DNA of 64,000 nucleotides. Origin: a virus (taxonomy: Duplodnaviria > Caudoviricetes). Position numbers and translations under genes: made by a program. Numbering within the stretch: the first letter of the stretch is position 1; every line of letters starts with the position of its first letter. Below the pieces are notes generated by a model. It was not told where the DNA came from. It did not search any database and was given only the letters and a program-made list of their open reading frames with translations. Positions 1 through 10,281 of the stretch are shown here, in pieces. The stretch covers positions 209,302-273,301 of the IMG/VR virus record IMGVR_UViG_3300011242_000002. One strand, given 5' to 3'.

Positions 1-4
1 GAAC

Positions 5-781
5 ATGGCGCGTCAGCTGAACACCATCATCAAACCGCTCAGCAAAACCATCAAGGACCTGAAGCCGATTGACCTGAGCTGGGATGAAGGGGATTTGACG
101 ATCTTCCGTAATGCATTGCCGCCGTTACCACACAACGAAGGCAGCGACCCAACGGCAGAACCGGCAGCACCAACCCCACCACAGCCGGTCATGGCCTCAC
201 CAGCACCGGCACCGACCTACCCTTCTGCTCAACCGCAGCCGCAGCAGATGGCGCCAGCACCGTACGCTCAGCCACACGCTGCACCGACCCAGCCCGCCAC
301 CCAGGCACCGACCATCGGTACGGCGGATCCGAAACACAGCGCTAACAAGGTTTCCTGGAACGAAGCCACCCGCAATAACCCACAGCAGCAAATGATGCCG
401 TACGGGCCGCAGGGCATGCCAATGTACCCAGCGCAACCGGGCTACCCAATGCAGCAAGGCTATCCGGCACAACCACCGATGCCGGGCTACCCAATGCAGC
501 CGCAAATGCCAATGATGCAGCCGCAGATGGGTTTCCAACCGATCATGGCCAACGGTCAGCCACAGCCACCGATGCCACCGGTAAGTCAGCCAGTGCAGCC
601 GCAGGGTCAGATGCAGTACCTGCCGCAGCCGCAGATGCAGCAGGGCTACGGCATGCCAATGCAACAGCCGATGTATCCAATGCAGCAGATGCCGATGATG
701 CAACCGGGTATGCCAATGCAACAGGGTTACCCAATGCAGCCAGGCATGCAGCCAGGGATGCAGTTCAGCTTCGTGCGTTAA
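5..781 (+). CDS. C-terminal part of a probable phiKZ gp70-like protein with a long Gln/Pro/Met-rich low-complexity tail (likely truncated at the window start)
   Basis: Frame is open from the window edge; repeats such as PMQQGYP and MQPGM; lies upstream of the nvRNAP beta gene as in phiKZ-like gene order. Confidence 0.6.
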   Translation: MARQLNTIIKPLSKTIKDLKPIDLSWDEGDLTIFRNALPPLPHNEGSDPTAEPAAPTPPQPVMASPAPAPTYPSAQPQPQQMAPAPYAQPHAAPTQPATQAPTIGTADPKHSANKVSWNEATRNNPQQQMMPYGPQGMPMYPAQPGYPMQQGYPAQPPMPGYPMQPQMPMMQPQMGFQPIMANGQPQPPMPPVSQPVQPQGQMQYLPQPQMQQGYGMPMQQPMYPMQQMPMMQPGMPMQQGYPMQPGMQPGMQFSFVR

Positions 782-790
782 GACGTAGCG

Positions 791-848
791 CGGCATAAAG
801 GTCAGAGGCGGTGTGGGGATGTCCCCACACCTGCCCTCTTCATTTTTT
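791..848. terminator. Hairpin element with CGGCATAA flank between convergent genes
   Basis: cggcataaag followed by stem gtgtgggga/tccccacac; reads hairpin then TTTATGCCG on the minus strand. Confidence 0.7.
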
Positions 849-1193
849 GTTAGTGTAGTGCAGCGTGATCAACCCTTTTAAGACGTTATCTGTCTCATCA
901 ATGAGTAATAATCCATCGTGCAGGTAATCCCACTTCATTGGGTCAATGATGCCGTTCAACCGCATGGTTAGCCAGTGCAGGTGCAGCGGTACCGCGTATT
1001 CCATTAACACCATCCGGAAATCACCCCGGTCGTTATCCTGATCCAGCAGGCTCGGTGCTTTCTCCGCCATGGTGCGAACAGCCCGCTCCCGAAGGATCGG
1101 TAAATGTTTCTCCAACTTGGAACGAAACTCAGGATCGCTAAACAGTTCGTTTTGAGAAAACCTGATTTTACTTCGTGCAGTGATTGTCATCAC
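840..1193 (-). CDS. Hypothetical protein (117 aa)
   Basis: ORF with GGAG RBS upstream; fills the gap between core genes. Confidence 0.7.
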   Translation of the reverse strand: MMTITARSKIRFSQNELFSDPEFRSKLEKHLPILRERAVRTMAEKAPSLLDQDNDRGDFRMVLMEYAVPLHLHWLTMRLNGIIDPMKWDYLHDGLLLIDETDNVLKGLITLHYTNKK

Positions 1194-1269
1194 AAGGCTC
1201 CATCTTAGAATAGCTTGAGTCTATATTATCTAAATGGAGTAACTAACTCGTTTGTAAGGATGAACCAGT

Positions 1270-3381
1270 ATGACAACCCCAGTAATAGAAGCCAGTGAGC
1301 TGTCGGCAGATATTCTCTCGTCAGTTCTCTCGCTTAACCCGACGGTCCACGGTGACTCCTCACCGCGTTCTGCGATGTTCGGTGGCCACGCCGGACAGGC
1401 GGTGACCATTGAGGGTTCCACCCCGCGTATGCTGAAAACCGGTCAAGAATACGAATACGCAAAAGGCACGTTTAAGATCGAAGCACCCTGTGACATGTTG
1501 ATCATTGACGTGATCCAGCGCTTTTCGAAAACCTGGGGTGCGGGCGGTATTCGCTCTAACCCCGAAACCTTTGTCCTGTACGAACGCCTCACCGGTAAAA
1601 CCACCAAGCTGCAGCAGGAGTCGCACGTCTTTGACATCATGCGTATTCCGGCCTACCACACCCGTAACCATGCGCTCGGCTTTAAGTACGTGCAGCATAC
1701 GGTTAACCAGGACCGCCTGCGTCCGGGTGAGCTGGTAGAGAAAGGCACGGTGTTTGCCTATTCCCCTAACCTGACCTCCGGTGGTGATTATAAGTACGGC
1801 CGGGAAACCAACGTGGCGTTTTTATCGATCCCTGAGGTCGAGCAGGACGGCATGGTGGTCACCGAGTCCTTCGCCAACGCCATGGCCTGTACCAAGATCG
1901 AAAGCCGCATTGCCCAGTGGGGGGAAAACAAGATCCTGCTGAACCTGTACGGGGATGCAGAAAACTACCGTCCGTTCCCGGAGATCGGTGATAAGATCCG
2001 TGATGACGGGTTATTGTTCGCCGTGCGTACCATTGAGCCTGGCGTGGGTATCGTCAACCTGACACCGAAAGCGCTGATGGAGTTTGACGACACCTTCGAT
2101 CAGGGCAAGTACGGGGAAGCCGGTGCCACCATCATCAACATTGCGGTGAAGTCGGATCGCATGCGCACCGGTCGCTCAGAAGTCCAGTTCTATGACCGTC
2201 AGGCTGACCGCTATGAGCGTGCCGCCCGTTCCTTCTCTACCCGCCTGCGGGATAATTACGAGAAGCTGGCCCGTGCCCATCCTAACACGCTGCTGCTCGG
2301 TGATGAGCTGAACCGCATGGTAACCGATGCCATTTCGGATACCGGTGGTCTGGATCGTCGCATGAACAGCCAGGGTGAAGTGATCAGCATGGACAAAGGT
2401 GCCCAGATCTACAACAAGGTGCCGATCGGCGACTGGCGTGCCGAGATCACCTTCGTGAAGCGACTGGAAGCCGGGGTGCGCTTTAAGATTACTGACACTC
2501 ACGGTGGTAAAGGTGTTATTGTCAAGGTGATCAAGGATGAAGATGCACCGATCGATGAACACGGTAACCGCGCTGACGTGATCATGGACAACTGCTCCAT
2601 CACCAAGCGTATGAACCTGGGCAAGCCGGCTGAGCAGTATATCAACGGGGCGTCGGTACACGCCACCAAGATTGCGCGTCAACTGAAAGCGGCCAACGAC
2701 ATGGACGGCGCGTGGCAGCACCTGATGTCGTATTACGAGGCAGCGGCCTACGAACAGTGGGAGCTGATGCAAAACCAGCTGTACGCCGTCAAGGCCAACC
2801 GTGACCACCACGTCAACTGGGTTTGTGATCACGGTATTGAGCTGTACTGCCCAACCGATCGTAAGTACTACGGGGCCGAACAGATTCGTCGCATCATGCG
2901 GGGTCATGACTTCCCCACCACCCGCGTGCGCTACCGTGCACCTAACGGGGAACTGGTGTGGACCAAGGACCCGGTGGTGATTGCGCCGATCTACATTATC
3001 CTGCTGGAGAAGATGGGGGAATACTGGGCGTCCTGTGCCATTCCGAAACTGACCCACTTTGGTACGCTGTCAACGCTTACCCAGGTGGACAAGTACTCAC
3101 TGCCGTGGCGTAATACCCCGACCCGCTTTACCGGGGAGTCGGAGATTCGCCTGTTCTTGGCTGCCTGCGGTGGCTGGTTCACCAACCGCCTGCTGTCCTT
3201 TGCGAATACACCAACCATGCAGAAAGCTGCCGTGACCAAGATCCTGCAGGCTAAGGATCCGATGCGCTTGCAAAGCATGATTGATGAGAAGGCCAACCCA
3301 TTAGGTCGGGGTCGTCCGCTGCAGATGTACAAGCATATTCAGGCATGTCGTGGTATTCATTTGGAACGCCGTGCAGCGTAA
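1270..3381 (+). CDS. Non-virion RNA polymerase beta subunit, C-terminal part (phiKZ gp71-73-like), uninterrupted
   Basis: RpoB-like motifs SSPRSAM..H..QAV, EVEQDGMVV, KITDTHGGKGVI, DVIMD..SITKRMNLG, RFTGESE; AGGA RBS. Confidence 0.92.
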   Translation: MTTPVIEASELSADILSSVLSLNPTVHGDSSPRSAMFGGHAGQAVTIEGSTPRMLKTGQEYEYAKGTFKIEAPCDMLIIDVIQRFSKTWGAGGIRSNPETFVLYERLTGKTTKLQQESHVFDIMRIPAYHTRNHALGFKYVQHTVNQDRLRPGELVEKGTVFAYSPNLTSGGDYKYGRETNVAFLSIPEVEQDGMVVTESFANAMACTKIESRIAQWGENKILLNLYGDAENYRPFPEIGDKIRDDGLLFAVRTIEPGVGIVNLTPKALMEFDDTFDQGKYGEAGATIINIAVKSDRMRTGRSEVQFYDRQADRYERAARSFSTRLRDNYEKLARAHPNTLLLGDELNRMVTDAISDTGGLDRRMNSQGEVISMDKGAQIYNKVPIGDWRAEITFVKRLEAGVRFKITDTHGGKGVIVKVIKDEDAPIDEHGNRADVIMDNCSITKRMNLGKPAEQYINGASVHATKIARQLKAANDMDGAWQHLMSYYEAAAYEQWELMQNQLYAVKANRDHHVNWVCDHGIELYCPTDRKYYGAEQIRRIMRGHDFPTTRVRYRAPNGELVWTKDPVVIAPIYIILLEKMGEYWASCAIPKLTHFGTLSTLTQVDKYSLPWRNTPTRFTGESEIRLFLAACGGWFTNRLLSFANTPTMQKAAVTKILQAKDPMRLQSMIDEKANPLGRGRPLQMYKHIQACRGIHLERRAA

Positions 3382-3384
3382 GGA

Positions 3385-5358
3385 GTGATGATGCAAACCT
3401 ATAACTGGCAAGACCTGCTGGCAATGGACGAAACCCAGCTGTGGCAGCTGGATACCGGCAACAACCCGCTGATTAAAGTCAAGGCGCGGGACAAGGAGTT
3501 CGAGATCCTTGCCCGCCTGGCGATCGTCAGCTGGTACTGCTGGCCGCTGCAGCGGCAGTTCCCGGGGATGGCGCTGGACAAGCGCCACTTCGCCACCTCT
3601 ATTCGTCTGTCCAACAAAACCCTGCTCGGGATTCTGACCCAGGGGCTGCGTGATTACGTGGACCTGCATCCGGGGGTGATTGATGTGGTCGATATCAACA
3701 GCCGCATTGCGCGTGCGGTGAACGACCTTAACAACACCTTCGTGATGAAGATCCCGGAGTACGTGACCACCGCCTCGATGCGTCAGTACATTGAGGTGCT
3801 GGATGACCCGGAGATGGTGGCGGTGCGTCAAGCGATGGAGCCGAACCAGAACTCCATTCGCGAATCGTACAAGAACGGCCTGGGGATCATCAAACGCATG
3901 GACAAGTTCATCGGTAACCAGATTGCCGAGGACATCAAGCAGGGATCGGTGTCGGACGGTCAGACGTCACAGGTGTTTATTGCGCGTGGTTATCTGACCG
4001 ACCACAACTCCCGTATCTTCGTGAAACCGGTGATGGCCTGCTACGCCGAAGGGTTGGGGTCGTTCTACGATGCCTTCGTGGAATCCCGCTCGGCCACCAA
4101 AGCGATGCTGTTCCAGAAGAAGCCGCTGGAAGACTCCGAATGGTTTAACCGTAAAATGCAGCTGGTAGCCCAGGCAGTTCAGCGCATCCACATGAACGAG
4201 GACTGTGGTTCTACCGTCACGGTACCGGTGTTGGTTAAAGAGGGTTGGCTCAGTCGTCTGGCCGGTAAGTACTACTACGCCGACGACAACAAGACCCTGA
4301 AGTGCGTGTCGGATAAGGACGATCACCTGATTGGTCGCATTATTCATATGCGATCGCCAATGTACTGTAACCACGTAGACCGCTCCGGCATTTGCGAAGC
4401 CTGTTACGGGAAGTTGGCCATTAGTCTGCCGTACTTTAACGCCCTGGGTGAGATCGGGAAGAACGAAATCATCATCGGGCATATCAGTGCGACAGAGATC
4501 GGTCAGGATCTGTCACAGAAGATGTTGTCCACCAAACACCTGGATACCTCTTCGACCACAGAACCGTTCGTGCCACGTCGTCAGGATGCGATGTACATCA
4601 TTGAGGGGATGCGGGATAATGCTGTGCGGTTACACCCCCGCCTCAAGAAAGACAAGGTGAAGTTAAAAGTAAACTTTAACAAAACCACCGCATTATCTGA
4701 TATCTACGTGGCTGAAAATCTGGATGAGGTGGCGACCCGTGCGGGTGGCTTTAATGAAATCGTGCTGGAGTTCGAACGCGAAGAAGGCTATAGCGAAGCA
4801 ATTCCTATCCCGACGGTGCAAGGTTCACGTCAGGGGCAGTTTACGGTCGACTTCCTGCGCTTCCTGCAAAAGGCCAACTGGACGAATGCCGAGAAAGGCT
4901 TCATCGTAATTGATCTGTCGACCTTTGACTTCGATTGCGACGTGGTTGAGCTGCCGCTGGTACACCAAGACATGACGGTGTACCAAAAGCAGATCGAGGC
5001 GTTTATTCGTTTCAGCAAGGAATCGGCCAAATGGAAGGGCAAGTTCATTACGCCTGAGGATGCGGGATTAGCGCTGAGTGAATTCTACTCGCTGCTGTCC
5101 GAACGCCTGAAGGTTAACATCGTCCATGCCGAGATGATGCTGTATTCGGTCATGACCCTCAATCCGAGCGGTTATGACTATCGTCTCCCACGGGCGTATG
5201 AAGATCGTCAGTTCTCCTCCTACCACGAATGTATCGAGTTTCGTTCGTTGTCGGTGCAGCTTCTGTATCAGGAGCAGGCTACCGTAATGATGAAACCGAC
5301 TACCTTCCTGGTAGAGCACCGCCAGTCTCATCCAGCCGACAGCATCTTTGTTGACTGA
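3385..5358 (+). CDS. Non-virion RNA polymerase beta' subunit, C-terminal part (phiKZ gp74-like)
   Basis: RpoC-like EDCGS and Zn site RSPMYC...GICEACYG; QKMLSTKH; directly follows the beta subunit gene. Confidence 0.9.
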   Translation: MMMQTYNWQDLLAMDETQLWQLDTGNNPLIKVKARDKEFEILARLAIVSWYCWPLQRQFPGMALDKRHFATSIRLSNKTLLGILTQGLRDYVDLHPGVIDVVDINSRIARAVNDLNNTFVMKIPEYVTTASMRQYIEVLDDPEMVAVRQAMEPNQNSIRESYKNGLGIIKRMDKFIGNQIAEDIKQGSVSDGQTSQVFIARGYLTDHNSRIFVKPVMACYAEGLGSFYDAFVESRSATKAMLFQKKPLEDSEWFNRKMQLVAQAVQRIHMNEDCGSTVTVPVLVKEGWLSRLAGKYYYADDNKTLKCVSDKDDHLIGRIIHMRSPMYCNHVDRSGICEACYGKLAISLPYFNALGEIGKNEIIIGHISATEIGQDLSQKMLSTKHLDTSSTTEPFVPRRQDAMYIIEGMRDNAVRLHPRLKKDKVKLKVNFNKTTALSDIYVAENLDEVATRAGGFNEIVLEFEREEGYSEAIPIPTVQGSRQGQFTVDFLRFLQKANWTNAEKGFIVIDLSTFDFDCDVVELPLVHQDMTVYQKQIEAFIRFSKESAKWKGKFITPEDAGLALSEFYSLLSERLKVNIVHAEMMLYSVMTLNPSGYDYRLPRAYEDRQFSSYHECIEFRSLSVQLLYQEQATVMMKPTTFLVEHRQSHPADSIFVD

Positions 5359-5369
5359 GAGGTTTAACC

Positions 5370-6923
5370 ATGGGCAGTATCGCAACCATCACGTTAAGCA
5401 GCCACGGTTTTCGGGTGACTGACTTCAACAGTGACTTTGCGGTTCACCTCTCACAGTTTTGTCGCCGTTTCGTGCAGTGTAAGATCGAAGCCAAGGTCCA
5501 CAACGGACGTAAGACCTTGGTGAAGGTACCCGATCGCACCTTTGCCTCGGCGACCAAGAACCGTAAGGAGATACGGCTTCACCTTAACTGTTTTGAGGAC
5601 TTTAAGCACTTCATGCGGAACTGTGGTTATGCCACGGAGCGTTTTAAGATAGTGCAGTTGGAAGTGCCCGCTGGCCGAGACGTACCGTTTGATTTCACCA
5701 ACCCCGGCATTGCGCCCCGGGAACACCAGGTGGAGTGGCTGGATTACCAGCTCAACCTGGACCCGGTGAGGGTGAACACAAAGGTCAATACCCTACAAAC
5801 AGGGAAGGGAAAGACCTTTTGTGCCATCTACCAAATGGTGAAGATGGGTAAACGGACGGTTATTACGCTGATGCCCAAATACATCAACACCTGGTTGGTG
5901 GGGTTGGCGGACTTTGTTAAGCTGCAGCCGGAAGACATCATGGTGGTGCAAGGCTCAATTGAGCTTAATGCTGCCATGAAGCTTGCGGATGCTGGAAAGC
6001 TGACTGCCAAGATCATCATCGTGTCGCTCCCCACCTACCAGTACTTTATGGCTGAGTATGAGGACAACGACGGGGTGATGACCCACTACAATTACACCCC
6101 GGATCATTTCTGGGAGGTAATGGAACCCGGTCTGTTGATCGTGGACGAAGGACATGAATCCATCCATGCCCTGTACCGCTTTGATCTGTACTGTAACGTG
6201 CGCAACAAGGTGGTACTCTCGGCAACGCTTGAGGCCGATGATCCGTTCATCAACGAAATGTATGCGGTGGTCTATCCGAAAGCCATCCGCTTCCGCGGAG
6301 GCGAGTACGATAAGTACATCGAGTCGGTTGCCTTGATGTACGGGTTAACCAGCACCAAGAAGATCAAGTACGCCGGTTTCGGCGGCACCTATTCGCACGT
6401 GAAGCTCGAGCAGTCGATTATGAAGAGTAACCATCTTCTCGACAGCTACGTGAAGTTCATTGGCGATACGGCAGACTACTTCTTCTTCAAGGTGGCCCAG
6501 CCCGGTCAGCGTTTGCTGATCTACTGTGCGACGGTTGACATGTGCATCAAGGTGGTCGCCTACATGCGGCATCGCCACAAGGACGGTGGGTTAGTCATCA
6601 ACAAGTATACCCAGGAGGATCCGAAGACCACACTGTATGAATCCGATATCACCATCTCCACGCTGATGTCTGCCGGAACCGGGGTCGATATCCCAGGCCT
6701 GCGCACGGTGCTGATGACGGTGGCCATTGGTTCTAAGCAGAAGAACGACCAGGCACTCGGTCGTTTACGTCGTCTGAAGGACTTCCCGGACGTCACGCCA
6801 ACCTTCGTGTATTTCGTCTGTGGGAACATCCGTCCGCACATGGAGTACCACCGTAAGAAGTTGGAGAACTTTGCGAACAAGACCCTGAGTCAGCGTTCGT
6901 TTAACAGCGGCTACTCACTTTAA
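5370..6923 (+). CDS. SF2 (DExH) helicase, phiKZ gp75-like
   Basis: Walker A LQTGKGKT, DEGH, SAT, GTGVDIPGL, QALGRLRR. Confidence 0.92.
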   Translation: MGSIATITLSSHGFRVTDFNSDFAVHLSQFCRRFVQCKIEAKVHNGRKTLVKVPDRTFASATKNRKEIRLHLNCFEDFKHFMRNCGYATERFKIVQLEVPAGRDVPFDFTNPGIAPREHQVEWLDYQLNLDPVRVNTKVNTLQTGKGKTFCAIYQMVKMGKRTVITLMPKYINTWLVGLADFVKLQPEDIMVVQGSIELNAAMKLADAGKLTAKIIIVSLPTYQYFMAEYEDNDGVMTHYNYTPDHFWEVMEPGLLIVDEGHESIHALYRFDLYCNVRNKVVLSATLEADDPFINEMYAVVYPKAIRFRGGEYDKYIESVALMYGLTSTKKIKYAGFGGTYSHVKLEQSIMKSNHLLDSYVKFIGDTADYFFFKVAQPGQRLLIYCATVDMCIKVVAYMRHRHKDGGLVINKYTQEDPKTTLYESDITISTLMSAGTGVDIPGLRTVLMTVAIGSKQKNDQALGRLRRLKDFPDVTPTFVYFVCGNIRPHMEYHRKKLENFANKTLSQRSFNSGYSL

Positions 6924-6931
6924 TGTTGTCT

Positions 6932-6975
6932 GACATGGAAGCTGGACTTCGGTCTGGTTTCCGTGTCTTTCTTTT
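6932..6975 (+). terminator. Intrinsic terminator with cUUCGg tetraloop
   Basis: gacatggaagctggac-ttcg-gtctggtttccgtgtc followed by a T-rich tract. Confidence 0.85.
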
Positions 6976-6983
6976 AAAAGGGA

Positions 6984-7457
6984 ATGATGATGCATGTGAT
7001 TACTGAAGCTTCTTCCGATATGTCGGTAACTGAAGTTGTAGAAGACGAGTATGTGTTGCATATTGACCCTGCGTTATGTAACGCCGAGGACACCGCCCGT
7101 ATCGTCGCCGAAAGAGCCGCCAACGGTAAACCAACGGTGGTGGTGCTGGGAAATGTGGGGCGAACTGAGCAGCTGCTGCTGGAAAGGCTGGAGGCAGAGG
7201 AGGGGGTAGAACGCGATTACTTTGGTCAGCCCCGTGCCAAGCGGGTTGGTATCATAGCGGGGCAGATACATGCTATCAGCACAGGGATGGCACTGTCAAC
7301 TGGACCGGGCTACCCAATGAGTTTCTACGCCGAACCCGTCACCTATTTTGATTACCGTCAACATTTGCGCGATGTAGAAGTTGATCGTCAAACCCGTCGC
7401 CCACCCAAGAAAGCCACCTGTAGCGCCCGACGCCGCGGCCGTAAATTTAAGGGGTAG
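6984..7457 (+). CDS. Hypothetical protein with basic C-terminal tail
   Basis: 157-aa ORF ending RRPPKKATCSARRRGRKFKG. Confidence 0.75.
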   Translation: MMMHVITEASSDMSVTEVVEDEYVLHIDPALCNAEDTARIVAERAANGKPTVVVLGNVGRTEQLLLERLEAEEGVERDYFGQPRAKRVGIIAGQIHAISTGMALSTGPGYPMSFYAEPVTYFDYRQHLRDVEVDRQTRRPPKKATCSARRRGRKFKG

Positions 7458-7459
7458 TT

Positions 7460-7795
7460 ATGAACCATGCAGAATCATTAGAAGTGTGCGTGCTGGCTGT
7501 TAACGATCACATGCGCAAAGGTAATGATCGTAAAGCCTCGGGTGTATTGTTGTCTTATATTGAAAAGTGCTTTGCCACCCGTGACCTGGAAGGTGTTGAA
7601 GCCCTCTTAGTGCGTTTTCGGGAAGATGGTTCCATCAACATTACCCCGCGCCATAAGGTCAGTATTCTCCGAGCGTGTCACCGCTATCGTCAGCAGCTCA
7701 AAGAATACAATGCCTGTTTAGCACGCTGGTATGATGATCTTAATGCCGCTGGCCTGGTGCGGTTATTAGCGGGGATCCAATATGATCGAGAATGA
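7460..7795 (+). CDS. Hypothetical protein (111 aa)
   Basis: Tightly packed ORF in the plus-strand operon. Confidence 0.75.
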   Translation: MNHAESLEVCVLAVNDHMRKGNDRKASGVLLSYIEKCFATRDLEGVEALLVRFREDGSINITPRHKVSILRACHRYRQQLKEYNACLARWYDDLNAAGLVRLLAGIQYDRE

Positions 7796-8217
7796 ATTTT
7801 ATTGCTGTAAAGGATAATGCCATGACCGACTTCTCTAAAGCCCCGGAGGTGCTTACTCCACCCTCATCGCTTCCTATTATGTTTACCGACGAGCTGTTTC
7901 GCAAGCACCAGATTACCGTGTTAAATGATCGGTTGGGGGTGCTGCAGCCCGGCGTCTTTTACGCGCACTACGGCATTAACCAAGCAGGTTATTTACTGGT
8001 TGAGCTGAACGGTGCACAGGACGAAGCTTATGCCCGCTGGCTGGCCGTAATGGGCGTCCAACAACTGCAGGCGTCGATAACGGAATTCAGCGTCTTTCAG
8101 TGCCTGTCTGCTGATAACGAGGTGGCCGTTGTTCAGCCCAGCCCGCAAAAAAATAATGCGCCAAAGCTGCTGATCTACTACCCAGACGGCGGCTACGAAA
8201 TCAAACACATCCATTAA
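7792..8217 (+). CDS. Hypothetical protein (~141 aa)
   Basis: ATGA overlap with the previous gene; alternative start at 7822 after AAGGA. Confidence 0.7.
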   Translation: MNFIAVKDNAMTDFSKAPEVLTPPSSLPIMFTDELFRKHQITVLNDRLGVLQPGVFYAHYGINQAGYLLVELNGAQDEAYARWLAVMGVQQLQASITEFSVFQCLSADNEVAVVQPSPQKNNAPKLLIYYPDGGYEIKHIH

Positions 8218-8232
8218 GAAGGATTAACCCGT

Positions 8233-8922
8233 ATGAACACCAATAAAGCAAATGATTCAGTCATGACTTCCCTTAAGCATCTGCAAAACCTTAGCCCAAC
8301 CGGTCCACGTCAAGCCGAAGTGGAAAGCGCACTGCGCAAGATGGCCAACACACCCGGATTAGAACCCCGCAGCGACGCTATGAAGGGGTATTCGTGCGGA
8401 CGCGACTTTTACCACCATAACGCTAGCGCTTCAGCTCGTTGGAACGCTGAGAAAGGCGGTTACGAACTTACCTCTTCATTTAACACCCCCATTGTTCAGC
8501 ACCCTAACCGTACGTTTCTGTGGGAAGCCCTGTTTGGTGCACCGCAATGGCACGTATGGAACCGTTTCGTCCGCCCGTTCTACTACCTCGCTCCCGAGTT
8601 TGTGAAGCTGGGCCGCCGTCTGAATACCATAAAGTCGTATTTGGCCTTTGACTGGCTGACTAATGTGGTCGTGCCACGCATTAACCAGTATGACCCGATC
8701 AACTACATCGAGTACTGTGAAAAGCACCTGGGGCATGACCCAATCGAGAAGCCAAAGTGGAGGGATGTTGTGAACACCTTTGGGATGGATCCGCGTTGGT
8801 GGGCGCCTTGCAGTTTGCCAGATCCTTTCAAGGGTAACCCGTACGCTATCGACGACCGCTGCAGATTACGCCTTGCCCAGATGTTTCCCGTTAAACCTGT
8901 AATGAACAAGAGAATTATCTGA
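8233..8922 (+). CDS. Hypothetical protein (229 aa)
   Basis: AAGGA RBS; operon packing. Confidence 0.75.
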   Translation: MNTNKANDSVMTSLKHLQNLSPTGPRQAEVESALRKMANTPGLEPRSDAMKGYSCGRDFYHHNASASARWNAEKGGYELTSSFNTPIVQHPNRTFLWEALFGAPQWHVWNRFVRPFYYLAPEFVKLGRRLNTIKSYLAFDWLTNVVVPRINQYDPINYIEYCEKHLGHDPIEKPKWRDVVNTFGMDPRWWAPCSLPDPFKGNPYAIDDRCRLRLAQMFPVKPVMNKRII

Positions 8923-8923
8923 A

Positions 8924-9601
8924 ATGGCCATGAACCATAATTACTACACCCTGGTCCACAGCTACGCCTTGAACAAAGACATGGACCGGGTAGAGGCCGA
9001 CAACATTGCAACAACTTTGGCAGTGCTGATTCCGATGCGTCACGACTACGGTCTGCAGGATGGTCATACCTGGCCTAACAACGACTATGTGGTCGAGAAC
9101 ATCAAAAAACTCCACCAGGGGAAACCGTATCAACGCATCATCCCATTTGACCTTGCGATTCCCCTTATTAAAGTCGATTCCATTAACCAGCTGCCAGCAA
9201 CCACCACGTACGGTCAGCGCTACTACGTTCGCAGCGGTAACCTGTTTATGGAAACCCAACTCAACGGCATGACGGAGACGGTAAAGAAAATGCAAAGCCT
9301 TCAGATTACAGAGCCTTTAGACATAGACCCTGAGCAGTTGGCCCGGCTGCGTGAAAAAGCGGCCGAGCAGGGAATGATCATTGAAGTCTGGGACAAGGGC
9401 GCAAACCATCCCGACAACGTCGCAGGGTTGGCAAAGCTGAAAGAGGCGCTGACGGCGGCGGATGATAAGGCTGCGCCAAAAGTCCAGCCTGAGCGTAAAG
9501 AAGAGCGGAACAGCTGGTCAAACCCCACGGGGAAGATTAAATTCCGTGAGCGTCCATCTAACCGTTTAACCCGTATGCGTAATAATAAAAGAAGAGGTTA
9601 A
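8924..9601 (+). CDS. Hypothetical protein with basic C-terminal tail
   Basis: 225-aa ORF ending RERPSNRLTRMRNNKRRG. Confidence 0.75.
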   Translation: MAMNHNYYTLVHSYALNKDMDRVEADNIATTLAVLIPMRHDYGLQDGHTWPNNDYVVENIKKLHQGKPYQRIIPFDLAIPLIKVDSINQLPATTTYGQRYYVRSGNLFMETQLNGMTETVKKMQSLQITEPLDIDPEQLARLREKAAEQGMIIEVWDKGANHPDNVAGLAKLKEALTAADDKAAPKVQPERKEERNSWSNPTGKIKFRERPSNRLTRMRNNKRRG

Positions 9602-9602
9602 C

Positions 9603-9905
9603 ATGTCTGATCGCAGCGCCTATTTTACACAGCAGCAGCGTCGTTTACAGCTTGAGAGCCTATCAGGTGGGTTTCGTAGCGATGAAATGGTAATGTTCAG
9701 TGCGCCGAATAAGCCTCGTTCACGCATTACCGGGGTCATTGATGAGCCAGCACATATCGGCGGCGTACGGGTTTTGACAATCCCTAACAACAATGACTGG
9801 GGTGTCCGTCGAATCGTACCTCAGAAGAAAGGCCCTAAAGGTCCGATTACGATGCCCGGTATTGGCGAGCGTAAGAAGAAAGGCAAACACCGCGGAAAGT
9901 ATTGA
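9603..9905 (+). CDS. Hypothetical protein with basic C-terminal tail
   Basis: GAGG RBS; ends GERKKKGKHRGKY. Confidence 0.7.
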   Translation: MSDRSAYFTQQQRRLQLESLSGGFRSDEMVMFSAPNKPRSRITGVIDEPAHIGGVRVLTIPNNNDWGVRRIVPQKKGPKGPITMPGIGERKKKGKHRGKY

Positions 9906-9918
9906 GGTTAACTATCCA

Positions 9919-10281
9919 ATGAGTAAACATAAACGTTTAAAAGCGGCAAAGCGTAAGCAGCACAACAAGTCGGCTAAGGTCAGAAGTGCGGAATGGAAAC
10001 AGTACTGTCGTACTCGTGACCTTGAACTCGCGGCAATACGTGAGCAGCGTGAACGTGAACGCGCAGAAGCGCCGCCGCCTGCGCCGCCGAAAAACCACAT
10101 CGACCGTGCATTGGATATGTTCCTCGATGACGGTGCGTTGCTACCAGGTTTGTATCATAGCGACGGTACGCTGGATCTACTAAACCTCGTTAAGCGGGCT
10201 GAGAGTCTGGGTGGTCTTGTATTTATTGATACCGAAGACAGTATAAAACAGGAGACCGAACATGGATCAACACCAGCATAA
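9919..10281 (+). CDS. Hypothetical protein with basic N-terminus (120 aa; start revised from 9793)
   Basis: GAGG RBS before ATG 9919; begins MSKHKRLKAAKRKQHNKSAK. Confidence 0.7.
   Translation: MSKHKRLKAAKRKQHNKSAKVRSAEWKQYCRTRDLELAAIREQRERERAEAPPPAPPKNHIDRALDMFLDDGALLPGLYHSDGTLDLLNLVKRAESLGGLVFIDTEDSIKQETEHGSTPA

Noticed and set aside
380-765. atgcagcc/ccaatgca repeats as a non-coding array
   Set aside because: Explained by the Met-Gln-Pro-rich coding sequence
1270-3381. Intron or homing endonuclease in the nvRNAP beta gene, as in phiKZ gp71-73
   Set aside because: The ORF is continuous for 703 aa with no insertion evident
9660-9725. GGFRSDEMVMFSA resembling the segment before a DnaB/RecA Walker A motif
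   Set aside because: No GK(T/S) follows and the ORF is only 100 aa; too short to call
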